Shown piece after piece: positions 1 to 9,852 of a DNA stretch of 64,000 nt. A program made the position numbers and the translations under genes. Every line of letters begins with the position of its first letter. Positions within the stretch are counted from its first letter, which is position 1. Below the pieces are notes generated by a model. It made no database searches. It saw nothing but the letters and a program-made list of their open reading frames with translations, and was not told the origin of the DNA. The DNA is from a virus: positions 15,915-79,914 of IMG/VR virus record IMGVR_UViG_3300025030_001282. One strand, 5' to 3'.

Positions 1-188
1 AGTACCGCTGCACCTTCCCGGAGCTGTACCCGAAGCCTGCAGCCGGTTACAAAGACCCGAAGCACCGCCAGGGGCACTACGTGGACGCCAGAAGCGAGGA
101 TGAGGCCCAGGAGATCATGCGGAAGCGGTATCCGCACGGGACGCAGGTGATCGAGGCGGAGCTGGTCAAGAAAGGGAGGAAGGCATAA
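1..188 (+). CDS. Hypothetical protein, 5'-truncated by the window edge
   Basis: Frame 3 is open from the edge to TAA at 186-188, which overlaps the next ATG; high GC3. Confidence 0.6.
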   Translation, partial: YRCTFPELYPKPAAGYKDPKHRQGHYVDARSEDEAQEIMRKRYPHGTQVIEAELVKKGRKA

Positions 189-535
189 TGCGAGGACACG
201 CATTCGAATCATCCTGCGACACGTTGCGCGACATGGGGTATTTCGGCGACCCGGAGCCGGACGACGAGGATCGGGACTTCAAGGTGCTCCAGGACACCAC
301 GCACGTGGCGAAGAAACCGCACCGCTGCGACGCCGGTCTCACGATCGAGCCGGGCACCACGTACCACAAGCTGGTGGTGATCGAGGAAGGGCACTTCACC
401 ATCCACAAGAGCTGCATGGGCAACGTCTGCGGCCCCTGCATGGATAAGGAGTTCCAGGACCGCACCAAGGCGATGGGAGAGAGCTGCGTCGAGGCCGATC
501 AGCAGGCCCGCCAGGAGGACGCATGGGATTTCTAG
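188..535 (+). CDS. Hypothetical Cys/His-rich phage protein
   Basis: GGAGG RBS; TAATG coupling; ARKxHRC...C motifs. Confidence 0.7.
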   Translation: MRGHAFESSCDTLRDMGYFGDPEPDDEDRDFKVLQDTTHVAKKPHRCDAGLTIEPGTTYHKLVVIEEGHFTIHKSCMGNVCGPCMDKEFQDRTKAMGESCVEADQQARQEDAWDF

Positions 536-867
536 CGTGCCCCAACACCGTCACAGAGATAGCCAGGGAAGCAGGCCGAGACTATATCACCCCCGAGGAC
601 GTCCAGGCGGCCATGGACCTCTACGGCAGGGACGACCCGCACCGGATCAGGATCGACGTGCTGGAGGTTCTGGGCAAGGCATCGCCGTATCGAGCCGAGG
701 ACGCGACAGCCTGCGCCCGTGTCGCCTATGACGGTCCGGAGCCCTTTGTCGGCCCGCTGCAGGTGATCTGCCGGAATGGTGGCACCAAGTACGGGACACC
801 GTGCCAGGGGCACAGCCCTCGAGGCTGTAAGAGCTCCAGGGACTGCACACACAACTACTTTTTCTGA
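523..867 (+). CDS. Hypothetical protein
   Basis: GGAGG RBS before ATG; tiles with its neighbours. Confidence 0.65.
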   Translation: MGFLACPNTVTEIAREAGRDYITPEDVQAAMDLYGRDDPHRIRIDVLEVLGKASPYRAEDATACARVAYDGPEPFVGPLQVICRNGGTKYGTPCQGHSPRGCKSSRDCTHNYFF

Positions 868-877
868 GGAGACGACG

Positions 878-1360
878 ATGGCCACACAAGCAAAGGGGGA
901 ACTGCGGCCCTACCGGGTTAAGCAGCTCGGCGATTCAGAAGACTACTGCGTGATCTACAACGCACGGTCCAGGTCGCAGGCGAAGTACTTCTACTGGCTC
1001 TACACGCTGGAGTCGAACGACCCGTACAAGGAGTACCTGCCCTACCTGCACGCCCGCGTTGCAGGCGGGGACTGCTACCCGACCAGCGAGGGCTTCAAGC
1101 GCAACGCGAAGTACCGCAATATCGAGTTCGCCTACTGCGGCATGCGCGTGCTCCAGGGCGGCAGGATGGGGACCATCGTCGGCCACAATGACAGCGCCAA
1201 CCTGGACGTGCTGTTCGACGAGTGGAACACCCCGAGCAACTGCCACCCCTGGTGGGACATTACCTACTTCAACAAGAACGGCGGCATCATCCGCAGGTAT
1301 ATCCAGGGAGACCGGGACCGCAGCGTCGAGCCCCAGGCCCAGCAGGCGGCCACGGCATGA
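878..1360 (+). CDS. Hypothetical phage protein
   Basis: GAGGAG RBS before ATG 878 (start shortened from the ORF-track call of 776). Confidence 0.7.
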   Translation: MATQAKGELRPYRVKQLGDSEDYCVIYNARSRSQAKYFYWLYTLESNDPYKEYLPYLHARVAGGDCYPTSEGFKRNAKYRNIEFAYCGMRVLQGGRMGTIVGHNDSANLDVLFDEWNTPSNCHPWWDITYFNKNGGIIRRYIQGDRDRSVEPQAQQAATA

Positions 1361-2115
1361 AGGAGTGGATATACCAGATCAAGGGCAAGGAAACCGGCAG
1401 CGGCTTCGGCAACTGGTCCTGGCCACCGCTCGCCTCGAACATGGTGGTAGCGCCCGACCGGAAAACCGCCAAGGCCATGATCGAGGAGGAGTACGGTCGC
1501 ACCTTCCCCACCAGGGTGCTGCAGGCTGACCTGGACAGCAACGAGTTCCTGCTGAGCCTGAAGGAGATCAAGGCCGACGACCATTTCACCCGGAGGCTGT
1601 TCGAGGTCACGCTTTGCAAGCACTGCGACAAGCCGTTCAAGATTATCGAGAAGTACCGCTTCGGCAACCCAGGGGGAGGCTCGGACTACTGCAGCACCGA
1701 GTGCTCGAAGGCCCACGCGGTCGAGAACGGGGACTACTTCAGCGAGGTATGGCGCAGCACGCCCCCCGTGATCTACCGGATCACCAATAAGGCCACCGGC
1801 CAGTGCTACATCGGGAAGACCCGGCAGGTTTTCACTTTGCGCTGGTACCAGCATTTCTTCCAGGGATGCGACACGAAGTTCCACCGGGCGATCAAGGACA
1901 CGTCGATCACCGATTGGACCTTCGAGGTGATCGAGATAGTGAACGTGCCCAGCCAACTGAGCCTTGCTGAGAGCGACGCCTTTATATCCGAGCGCGAGAA
2001 GCACCACATCGCCGCCCACAGCAGCGTCGTGAACGGCTACAACACCCAGGGACCGACCGAGATAAACGGCGAATTGTTCAGCGAGCCATCAGCCTGCTGC
2101 GCCGCCTTACAGTAG
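1357..2115 (+). CDS. GIY-YIG nuclease-domain protein with upstream CxxC/YCS motifs
   Basis: VIYRITNKATGQCYIGKT...R...H...E...GYN motif; ATGA overlap start at 1357. Confidence 0.8.
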   Translation: MKEWIYQIKGKETGSGFGNWSWPPLASNMVVAPDRKTAKAMIEEEYGRTFPTRVLQADLDSNEFLLSLKEIKADDHFTRRLFEVTLCKHCDKPFKIIEKYRFGNPGGGSDYCSTECSKAHAVENGDYFSEVWRSTPPVIYRITNKATGQCYIGKTRQVFTLRWYQHFFQGCDTKFHRAIKDTSITDWTFEVIEIVNVPSQLSLAESDAFISEREKHHIAAHSSVVNGYNTQGPTEINGELFSEPSACCAALQ

Positions 2116-2139
2116 GAAAGAAACGAGGAGGCACACGCG

Positions 2140-2379
2140 ATGGCACACCAGGGAGATTTGTTTTTTGACGCGGAAGCATACTGGCGCGACAAGCCGTTCA
2201 AGAAGTGGGTGGTTTACCTCTCGAAAGGCAGCGGCAAGAAGCCGGACACCAGGATCATGTACATAGGAGCGGCCACCGAGGAGAAGGCTATCGCCTGCGC
2301 CAAAAGGCACTGCGTGCTCACTGGCAGGATCCAGGGCCGGGCACGGCTCGCAACCCCCACCGACCTCGGCTGTAAATAG
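2140..2379 (+). CDS. Hypothetical protein with N-terminal QGDLF motif
   Basis: GAGGAGG RBS; ORF track. Confidence 0.65.
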   Translation: MAHQGDLFFDAEAYWRDKPFKKWVVYLSKGSGKKPDTRIMYIGAATEEKAIACAKRHCVLTGRIQGRARLATPTDLGCK

Positions 2380-2397
2380 ACAACAGGAGAAGACAAG

Positions 2398-2829
2398 ATG
2401 CCCAAGAAGCCCCTCCATATCGGAACCTCGCCGCTCACCAACCGCATTTACGCCGGGCACGTCCTGAAAGACGGCCAGACCTGGGCAGCGGACAAGGAAG
2501 ACGTAACCGGAGCCGCCTGCGCCGCCGTAGCCCAGCACGTGCTGAAGAACGACGACCCCGTGGTGGTGACCGCCAATGGCAAGCCCAAGTACGAGATCAC
2601 TGCGAAAGACCTCCAGAGCCCCATCCATGCACCGGCACCCAAGGACGCCGTATGGGTGGTCCACTTGATCGGTCCGGACGACGTAATCGACCAGCCGGAC
2701 GAATTGACCGCACTTCGGGAAGCGAACAAACTCAACATCGGCTTGGCTCGGAGGCGTGCAGAGGATCCTTCGGACAATGACCCGCATTGCTGGGCGGTCG
2801 TAAAGGATGCATCGGTGGAGTCGGTTTGA
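2398..2829 (+). CDS. Conserved phage hypothetical protein
   Basis: AGGAG RBS; SPLTNRIYAG...KEDVT pattern familiar from small phage proteins. Confidence 0.7.
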   Translation: MPKKPLHIGTSPLTNRIYAGHVLKDGQTWAADKEDVTGAACAAVAQHVLKNDDPVVVTANGKPKYEITAKDLQSPIHAPAPKDAVWVVHLIGPDDVIDQPDELTALREANKLNIGLARRRAEDPSDNDPHCWAVVKDASVESV

Positions 2830-2886
2830 CGCCAGCTCGCGCAAAACGCACGCTATGCGTGCAAAAACGACGAAAAGGGAGCAGAA

Positions 2887-3273
2887 ATGTTTGACCGCGT
2901 AACCATCCAGCAAGGCAAAGAGGCAGCGCCCTACGCGAAAACTGTCACGGTCCACGAGCACCGGGCACCGACGGACGACAGCATCCGGCTCTACCAGGAG
3001 ATCGAGGACAAGGCGTACCAGAACCTCCTGCACCGGATCCAGGTGAACGACAACGCCCTCAACTTCGGCGCGATAGTTCATGTGCCGAGGACGACCACAA
3101 ACCAGGAGATCGCCTACATATTCACCCTCAACGGCAGGGAGATTACCGGGAAGATCACCATCAAGCACCATGAGGCCTTGACCTTGGACCGGCAAGGGAT
3201 TGTCAGGAAGATCGTCGAGGACGCCTCCAGGCATATTGCGGTCGAGATTCTGCAGCACATGACGGGCCTCTAG
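2887..3273 (+). CDS. Hypothetical protein
   Basis: GGGAG RBS; typical codon usage. Confidence 0.65.
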   Translation: MFDRVTIQQGKEAAPYAKTVTVHEHRAPTDDSIRLYQEIEDKAYQNLLHRIQVNDNALNFGAIVHVPRTTTNQEIAYIFTLNGREITGKITIKHHEALTLDRQGIVRKIVEDASRHIAVEILQHMTGL

Positions 3274-3275
3274 CC

Positions 3276-3578
3276 ATGGCTGAACCCAGGCAGAGAGCAC
3301 AGAAGCCCAGCCCCATGACGCCTGAAGAGCTGGCCCAGGTAATGGACAGGCTCGGGCTCAAGCCTAGGGACATGGTGATCGCGCTGGACACCAAGCGCCG
3401 CACCCTCCAGGACTACCTGAGCGGTAAGCGCCGTATCCCAGGCATCTGCCGGGTAGCATGCGACGGGCTCATCCTGAAGAACGACCTGTTCATGGCAGGC
3501 ATCCCCAGGCCCAAGCCGTACATGCCCAGCAGATTAAACGGCAGGCTTTCTATAGAAGAGGAGGGAACGACCACATGA
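3276..3578 (+). CDS. Putative HTH DNA-binding protein
   Basis: MTPEEL...LGL...MVIALDTKRRTLQDYLSGKRRIP resembles an XRE/Cro-type HTH. Confidence 0.6.
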   Translation: MAEPRQRAQKPSPMTPEELAQVMDRLGLKPRDMVIALDTKRRTLQDYLSGKRRIPGICRVACDGLILKNDLFMAGIPRPKPYMPSRLNGRLSIEEEGTTT

Positions 3579-3761
3579 AACGGATCAGCGTGCAGTTCGA
3601 AGCGGACGTCCCCGAGGACGCCACCGAGGCGCAAATAGAGGAGTGGGTCCGGTTCGGGCTCCACGAGAGAGGCGACATGTCGGCCAGGAACCCGCTGGCT
3701 GAGCATGACGTGGACGCTGTATTCGGCAGCGTAGATATCAGGCACTAAGGCGGAGACAACG

Positions 3762-4055
3762 ATGCCCAAAGAAACGATGAAGATACCGATCGATCCCAGG
3801 TACCCGGAAGGGTGCGCAGCTTATCCGAGGCCTCAGGTCACCAGCGCCATGAAGATGGACTGCATCGGGGAGTTCACGATCGAGCGGGAACAGACCTGCC
3901 CCTCCTGCTACGCCGAGGAAGAAGGACCGCAGGCAGACTGCACGATCTGCAGCGGCAACCTCACCTACACCGAAAAGATCGATGTTCCTTGGGACATCAT
4001 GAAGGACATCTACAAGCGCATGGCGACAGCCGCAGCCAGAGAGGTAGAGCAGTGA
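3762..4055 (+). CDS. Hypothetical zinc-finger protein
   Basis: CPSC...CTIC pair; GGAG RBS. Confidence 0.6.
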   Translation: MPKETMKIPIDPRYPEGCAAYPRPQVTSAMKMDCIGEFTIEREQTCPSCYAEEEGPQADCTICSGNLTYTEKIDVPWDIMKDIYKRMATAAAREVEQ

Positions 4056-4455
4056 CGCCTGCAGAGAGAGGCATCGCCAGGACCAAGGCGCGGCTGCTGT
4101 TCGGCCAGGGAAAGAAGCGGAGGGAGATCGCCAAGGAGATGGACGTCACATACCAGTTCGTCTGCGACGCAATCCCCCGAGGAGTGAAGCAAGGAGGCAA
4201 AGGCTAGCATGGCCAGAAAGGCACCATACGAGATCATCCCGTGCGACTGCGAATACTACGATCCGCCCTGCCACTACTGCTGCACAGACGCGGTCGTTGC
4301 TTTCTATCTGAATGGGAGAACGCAGTACATGAAAAAGAGCGAAGCGATCGAGCAAGAGCAGCAACGCAACGCCGGTCGGCAGAGTTAAGGGCTCCGGCCC
4401 TGCTCCCGGCTTCACATAGAGAGCCTGTACCACCCACCACAGTGGCAAGGAGACG

Positions 4456-4818
4456 ATGATGAAGGCAGGCGACAAGTTCCACATTAAAGCGGGAAAATTC
4501 CCCCACGAGGCAATTGAGGACGAGCACGAGGTGATCGAGGACACCGGCAAGAGTCTCCTTGTCCGCAACTGTGTCACCGGAGAGGAGACCACCGTCCTCT
4601 ACTACCAGATCACCGACTGGCCCAGGTGCGCTCAGTGTGGCAGGCCCCGCCTGCAGGGCGAGCTGAAAAACAGCCAGATCAGCTTCCGAAACAGCAGGCA
4701 GGAGTACAGCAGCTGGAAAAAACGGATGGTCAATAAGCAGTTCATTGACCACAAGACGCTCCCCTTCTGCGCCGATGGCCCCTGCGCCGGACACTACCAG
4801 ATGGGATGCGAGGGGTAG
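4456..4818 (+). CDS. Hypothetical protein
   Basis: AAGGAG RBS; CxxC motifs. Confidence 0.6.
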   Translation: MMKAGDKFHIKAGKFPHEAIEDEHEVIEDTGKSLLVRNCVTGEETTVLYYQITDWPRCAQCGRPRLQGELKNSQISFRNSRQEYSSWKKRMVNKQFIDHKTLPFCADGPCAGHYQMGCEG

Positions 4819-5020
4819 CAGTGAACGCAGCAAAGTTGAGATCCTGCCCATGTGGCAACGAACTGAAAAAGTACCAGAAAAAATACTGTTGCCGGGCATA
4901 CAAAAGCGATTTTCACAGGGAACCGCCAAAGCTTACCCGATTCGGCAACCCAGTACCAAAAGACAAGACGGTCGTCAGGATCGGCCCAGGCATTCAGGCT
5001 TATCTCGACTTGTATCCAAG

Positions 5021-5036
5021 CTGTAGCGCATATCAA
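5021..5036 (-). promoter_or_regulatory. Copy of the 16-bp phage motif TTGATATRCGCTACR (reverse orientation)
   Basis: ctgtagcgcatatcaa is the reverse complement of TTGATATGCGCTACAG. Confidence 0.7.
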
Positions 5037-5203
5037 CAAAGGGAGGGCAACAAAAAATGACCACGGAGTTTTGCAAAATACTTGGAGCCGCAGCACTCGC
5101 AGCGGGAATCGTGGTGCTCACAGCCGCATACGACGCCTGGAGCAACCGCAGGAAGTACAAAGCCAGGGAAGACCAGCGCAGAGCCAAAGGAGGGCTGCAC
5201 TAG

Positions 5204-5539
5204 ATGCTGATGAAATACATCAACGCCATCACTGGGCACCGGTACTGGTACAGCTTGAGGTTGGCCTATTACGACGGGGAGCACGAGCGGTTCCACTGGC
5301 ACGCCGAGATTGGTTGCGTACAGCAGGGGGACATACTGCACCACCGGCAGATCAAGAAGCTTGTCGCTCCTACCCTGCTCAAGACGCCAAGGGCCAAGCG
5401 CTACCTCTGCAACGGTAGGCTGAAAATTGAAATCATCGGCTGCCTCGGAAAATTCAGGAAGCCGGAGAAATGCGCCACCGCCATCACCGTTTCCAGGCTC
5501 GACATCTTCGGTGCCTTCCTGCTGGAATGGCTAAGATGA
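5204..5539 (+). CDS. Hypothetical protein
   Basis: ORF track; ATGA overlap with the next gene. Confidence 0.55.
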   Translation: MLMKYINAITGHRYWYSLRLAYYDGEHERFHWHAEIGCVQQGDILHHRQIKKLVAPTLLKTPRAKRYLCNGRLKIEIIGCLGKFRKPEKCATAITVSRLDIFGAFLLEWLR

Positions 5540-6075
5540 CGCACTCGGAACTCGTAGAGATAGCTTACCGTTGGCTGATCGGCACGCGCAAATGCGGCTT
5601 CGCCTTCACCGAGCTGGCCTGCATTGCCACCAGTGAGATACCGGACGCCATCGGCTTCCGAGGCGACGGCTCGATCCTGGTCGAATGCAAGGTGAGCCGG
5701 GCGGACTTCCTGAGCGACAAGAAGAAGTACTTCCGCCAGCGCCCGGAGATGGGAGTGGGCACCTACCGCTTTTTCATGGCACCCGAGGGGATCATAACAC
5801 CCAGCGACCTTCCTAAAGGCTGGGGACTCGTGGCGGTAAACGAGAAGGGGAAGCCACGGCAGATCGTCGGGGCGAAGTGGAACTGCTGGAACACGGACGC
5901 ACAATTCCGCAACGAGCGCAACCTACAGGCCGAGCACGGCATGATGTCGAGTGCTCTGCGCCGCCTCCACCTCCACAACGTCCTGCACCTGATCAAGGCC
6001 GAGAATAACCCCTACATCACAAAGGAGGAGCCATGCAGCTCTACACCAACTGCCCAGGATGCGGAAAGCCCCTGA
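5536..6075 (+). CDS. PD-(D/E)xK-like (MmcB-like) putative nuclease
   Basis: EIPDAIGF...ILVECKVSRADFLSD motif; start at ATG 5536. Confidence 0.7.
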   Translation: MTHSELVEIAYRWLIGTRKCGFAFTELACIATSEIPDAIGFRGDGSILVECKVSRADFLSDKKKYFRQRPEMGVGTYRFFMAPEGIITPSDLPKGWGLVAVNEKGKPRQIVGAKWNCWNTDAQFRNERNLQAEHGMMSSALRRLHLHNVLHLIKAENNPYITKEEPCSSTPTAQDAESP

Positions 6076-6205
6076 CCCTTGACCTCCGGCATAAGGAGCC
6101 CTACGCGCCCATGACGGAGCCCACGGTCGTGGCCCAGGAGCGCTGCGACGAGTGCCGCCAGCAGCTCACGATCAGCGTCACCATCACCCCGGAGGAGATA
6201 ACCGC

Positions 6206-6550
6206 ATGAGCCAACAGCAGTACGACGATACCGCAAAGAACCTGGAGATCATGGCCGAGGAACTGGCCGAGGTAGGCGAGGTGCTGGCGGATATCGCAGC
6301 CACCTGCGCCAGGGCCGCCATCATCAAGTCGAAGATTATCCGCTTCGGCATTGAGGATTGCCACCCGGAGAGGCCCGGCGTTACCAACCGCCAAAGGCTG
6401 GAGCTGGAGATAGGACACCTCAACGCGATGGTGCGGATCCTGGTGCAGAACGGGACGATCACCCAGGTAGGCATAGATGCAGGGGAAGCCAACAAGATGG
6501 CGAAGCTGCAGCACTGGTATGACGGCAACCCGGAGAGGGCCAAGGCATGA
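6206..6550 (+). CDS. MazG-like NTP pyrophosphohydrolase-fold protein
   Basis: EELAEV...KIIRFG...LELEIGHL helical ExxE pattern; GGAGG RBS. Confidence 0.55.
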   Translation: MSQQQYDDTAKNLEIMAEELAEVGEVLADIAATCARAAIIKSKIIRFGIEDCHPERPGVTNRQRLELEIGHLNAMVRILVQNGTITQVGIDAGEANKMAKLQHWYDGNPERAKA

Positions 6551-6846
6551 AGGTGACGCTGCCAGGGAACGTGATCAATATCGAGGTGGCTAGAGCCAGC
6601 CGCAAGGTGCGCCAGCTCGAAGGCAAGTGCGCCCACACGAACCTGATTATCCACGCGGTCGACGGGCTCGTCTGCGGAGATTGTAACCGCCAGCTGGATC
6701 CCATTGGCTGGATTATCGAGCGCATGGAGGAGCTGAACGCAATCGGGTACCGGGAAAAGGAACTGAACGCGGCAGCAAAGAAGCTCGACGAGAGGACCAG
6801 GACGAAGTGCGTCCACTGCGAGAAGATGACACCGGTCAGGATATAG
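6547..6846 (+). CDS. Hypothetical zinc-binding protein
   Basis: CxH, CGDC and CVHC motifs; ATGA overlap. Confidence 0.6.
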   Translation: MKVTLPGNVINIEVARASRKVRQLEGKCAHTNLIIHAVDGLVCGDCNRQLDPIGWIIERMEELNAIGYREKELNAAAKKLDERTRTKCVHCEKMTPVRI

Positions 6847-6895
6847 CAAATTACGGCGGAGCCTTCCAGTAGGGGACGCCACAGAAGGAGACACC

Positions 6896-7426
6896 ATGCA
6901 CGCGAAAGAGATACTGCCGCAGATCGCGCCGACCAGCACCAGCCAAGCCGACCGGTTCAGCCTGAACCTCTGGCGTTGGGTACGAAAGGCCTGCAGGGGC
7001 AACAGCAAGGGGCAGCTGCACCTGTTCGTGGCCATCGCCACCAAAGACGCGGGCAGCTTCGACCCGACCAGGACGCAGGCCAGCAGCCTGTATATCGGAT
7101 TGGGCAACTTGGATGAAGGATGGCTCCACGGCTCGCGCCTGAGCGAAATCCTCTGCACCGGGGTCAAGGCCTCCGGCTACGCCTACCCGCCCAGGATGAA
7201 GTTCGAGATCATTGCGGACTGGTGGGAGCGGTACATCGTAGGCGGGAAATGCTTTATCGACCCGGCCCACACCCTTTACTTCGACCGTGAGCGCTGGCAG
7301 GAAAGCGCCGATGGCAAGGAGCGCACCTGCCTCTGGTGCGGCAAGCACAAGCAGCACCTGCACGCCGAGATGGTGGAGAAGACGGACTGGAGAAACCCGA
7401 CAACGGAGGAAGTAAGCAATGTGTGA
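6896..7426 (+). CDS. Hypothetical phage protein
   Basis: AAGGAG RBS; ORF track. Confidence 0.65.
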   Translation: MHAKEILPQIAPTSTSQADRFSLNLWRWVRKACRGNSKGQLHLFVAIATKDAGSFDPTRTQASSLYIGLGNLDEGWLHGSRLSEILCTGVKASGYAYPPRMKFEIIADWWERYIVGGKCFIDPAHTLYFDRERWQESADGKERTCLWCGKHKQHLHAEMVEKTDWRNPTTEEVSNV

Positions 7427-7727
7427 TTGCAGAGAGAAGATCGAGGCGAGGCTGCTGCAGGCCTTCAAGGAAGAGCACCCGGAGGCGACCGATCACAAGG
7501 TGAAGCTGGAGGGCTACGCCTTCATTTTCGGAGCCCAGGTGACCGTGAAGGCCTGCATGCCGATCAAGCGCACCGCGACCTTCCCGGTGAAGAAAGGCGG
7601 CGGTACCAGGGAGAAGGCCGAGAAGGTCAGCCTCATGTTCAACTGCTGCCCCTTCTGCGGTGAGAAGTACGAGAGGGAGGAGCCCGCCCCGGAAGCCCCG
7701 AAGGAGGAAACGCCGTGCGCCTTGTAA
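7419..7727 (+). CDS. Hypothetical protein (MCDC...CPFCG family)
   Basis: Terminal Cys motifs; GGAGG RBS. Confidence 0.65.
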   Translation: MCDCREKIEARLLQAFKEEHPEATDHKVKLEGYAFIFGAQVTVKACMPIKRTATFPVKKGGGTREKAEKVSLMFNCCPFCGEKYEREEPAPEAPKEETPCAL

Positions 7728-8302
7728 TCCTGGAAAGCCCCTACGCGGGCAAAACGCCGGAGGAGATCGCCCGCAACGTCGAGTACGCCAGGAGAGCCCT
7801 GCGCGATTCGCTGATGCGCGGGGAGAGTCCGGCAGCCAGCCACCTGCTGTTCACGCAACCCGGAGTACTCCGCGACAACGTGCCAGAGGAGCGCCGCCAG
7901 GGCATCATGGCTGGCCTCGCATGGGGCACCGTGGCGCACGCTGCGGTCGTCTACACCGACCTCGGGATCAGCGATGGCATGAAGATGGGAATCGGCCTGC
8001 ACGTGGCCCAGGGCCTCCCGGTCGAGTACCGGCAGATCGGCCTTCCCGGAAGCTGGCTCCTCCACGTCTGGGCATACGATGCCTACGCCGGATCATACGA
8101 CCACTGCACCGAGGCCGAGGCAATCGCCGACATGGAAGAGCGGAAGGCAAGCGGGCTTGTCAACATCGGGTACAGGTACCAGATCAGCAACTCGCCAGAC
8201 GAACCGAGAAAGACAGACTGCAGCACCTGCAGTAAGGCGAACAAGACCTGCCCGGTCTATCCCCAGGACTGGCTGAACTGCGGTCAGCACCAGGGAGCCT
8301 GA
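7715..8302 (+). CDS. Nucleoside 2-deoxyribosyltransferase-like phage protein
   Basis: LVILESPYAG...NVEYAR...GESPAASHLL...GISxGM pattern. Confidence 0.6.
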   Translation: MRLVILESPYAGKTPEEIARNVEYARRALRDSLMRGESPAASHLLFTQPGVLRDNVPEERRQGIMAGLAWGTVAHAAVVYTDLGISDGMKMGIGLHVAQGLPVEYRQIGLPGSWLLHVWAYDAYAGSYDHCTEAEAIADMEERKASGLVNIGYRYQISNSPDEPRKTDCSTCSKANKTCPVYPQDWLNCGQHQGA

Positions 8303-8549
8303 CGTGAAGCCGCTGCGGGTCAAATGCAACCGGGCAGGAGCCACGGCAGGCTGCAAGACCTGCCCGCACGGTCAGGAGCACGACGAGATAATCTACACCC
8401 TGCCACCCGGAATGAAGATCAGCCACAAGCCGCCCCACACCTGCTCCGAAGGGGGAAAGGTCCGCTGCCTCCCGGTGAAGGATGGGGCTGCTGCAGACTA
8501 AAGCGCCGCCTTACGAAGAAGAGAGCAACCCAGACAAAGGAGAACGCAG

Positions 8550-9149
8550 ATGAAATTGCAGCCGGTCGAATCGACCAATGTTTTTGCAACCGCGCACGAC
8601 GGCGACACCATGCACGTCATGTACCTGAACGGAGGCCTCTACGCCTACGCACCGACCACGGCGGCGGACCACCAGAAGCTTAGGGAGGCCCATAGCATCG
8701 GTGCCGCCATCAACCGGCTTCAGAAGACCGTCACGGGGATCAAGGTGGAACTTCCCAAGCTGGACTGGACCGGCGAGAACGACGACATGGGTAACACCAC
8801 CTGGGAGGCCGCGAGCCCCTACCACGAGGACGGTCACCCCTTCATGTGGCGGATCAAGCCGCGCCTGGGGGACAACAAGGTGGAGTTCTACGAGTGCCAC
8901 GACCTGGAGCTGATGGACGAGGAGAGCCCCCAGGGCTGGCCCACGATCGAGGTGGCAAAAGCAATGATCGAGCAGAAGCACGCGGAGATCATGGAAGCGG
9001 AAGGCATCCAGGAATCCCCGAAGCCGACCAAGGATAAATCCCTTTGCGAAAGCTGCGCACCGGACGATGGTCCCTGCGAACTGCAGCACCACGGCATCGT
9101 CGCCATAGGCGGCTCCTGCAACCGCTACAAGGAGGTCACCCCGCTGTGA
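8550..9149 (+). CDS. KTSC-domain protein with C-terminal extension
   Basis: PVESTNV...V.Y.NGG.YAY......L.EA.SIG KTSC pattern; AAGGAG RBS. Confidence 0.65.
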   Translation: MKLQPVESTNVFATAHDGDTMHVMYLNGGLYAYAPTTAADHQKLREAHSIGAAINRLQKTVTGIKVELPKLDWTGENDDMGNTTWEAASPYHEDGHPFMWRIKPRLGDNKVEFYECHDLELMDEESPQGWPTIEVAKAMIEQKHAEIMEAEGIQESPKPTKDKSLCESCAPDDGPCELQHHGIVAIGGSCNRYKEVTPL

Positions 9150-9463
9150 AGAAGACGACCACCCTCAAGATACGCAGCTTCGCATGGCTGCTCCCGTTCG
9201 CCATCCCCGCTTTCCTGTTCCTCGCGCTGCCGGTGCTTTTTGAGGCCATCGAGGACTTTTGCTACAAGATGCGCAAGAAGACCGAGACGCTCGCCGAGAA
9301 GGCAGGAAACTTCTTCCGCCCCCCGGCATGGTGGCCGACGCACAAGCTCCTCGAGGAGCTGAACGCCGAGCGCGAGAGAATCCGCCAGGAAACCAATCAA
9401 AAGCGCCAGGAGAGGATGGTCAGCCGCTGCCAAAGAATCGAGCCGCAGGGAGAGAGCGTATGA
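9146..9463 (+). CDS. Hypothetical membrane protein
   Basis: GGAGG RBS, GTG start; hydrophobic FAWLLPFAIPAFLFLALPVLF segment. Confidence 0.55.
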   Translation: MKKTTTLKIRSFAWLLPFAIPAFLFLALPVLFEAIEDFCYKMRKKTETLAEKAGNFFRPPAWWPTHKLLEELNAERERIRQETNQKRQERMVSRCQRIEPQGESV

Positions 9464-9852
9464 AGCTGATCGAGGCCATGAACATCACCCGCAACCCGTT
9501 CGGGCACCCGGAGCACGTCGTCCGGGAGGCCCGCCTCGCGGTCTGCGATGAACTGGAACTGCTGATGCTGACCGACGAGCAGCGCCGCCTGCGCCAGGAG
9601 CAGACCACCCCGATGAAGACCGCCGAAGGCCGGGTGGTCCTCTACCAGAACAAGACGTTCGGCGTGCAGTTGCTGAACCGGGAAGGCGAGTGGTCGTTTA
9701 TCGAGGACAACACGACCGATGGGAAGGCCCGCAAGCTCCTGGTCGATTGGACCGAGAGCACCGGCTGCAGAGGCCGAATGGTAGAGGTCACCACCATCAC
9801 CGCCGAGGTTGTAGTCTGGGGCGGAGACAGACAAGAGGACACCGAGGCATGA
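9460..9852 (+). CDS. Hypothetical protein
   Basis: ATGA overlaps at both ends. Confidence 0.6.
   Translation: MKLIEAMNITRNPFGHPEHVVREARLAVCDELELLMLTDEQRRLRQEQTTPMKTAEGRVVLYQNKTFGVQLLNREGEWSFIEDNTTDGKARKLLVDWTESTGCRGRMVEVTTITAEVVVWGGDRQEDTEA

Noticed and set aside
1357-2115. GIY-YIG gene as an intron-encoded homing endonuclease
   Set aside because: It is translationally coupled in an operon of small genes, with no interrupted host gene or intron structure visible.
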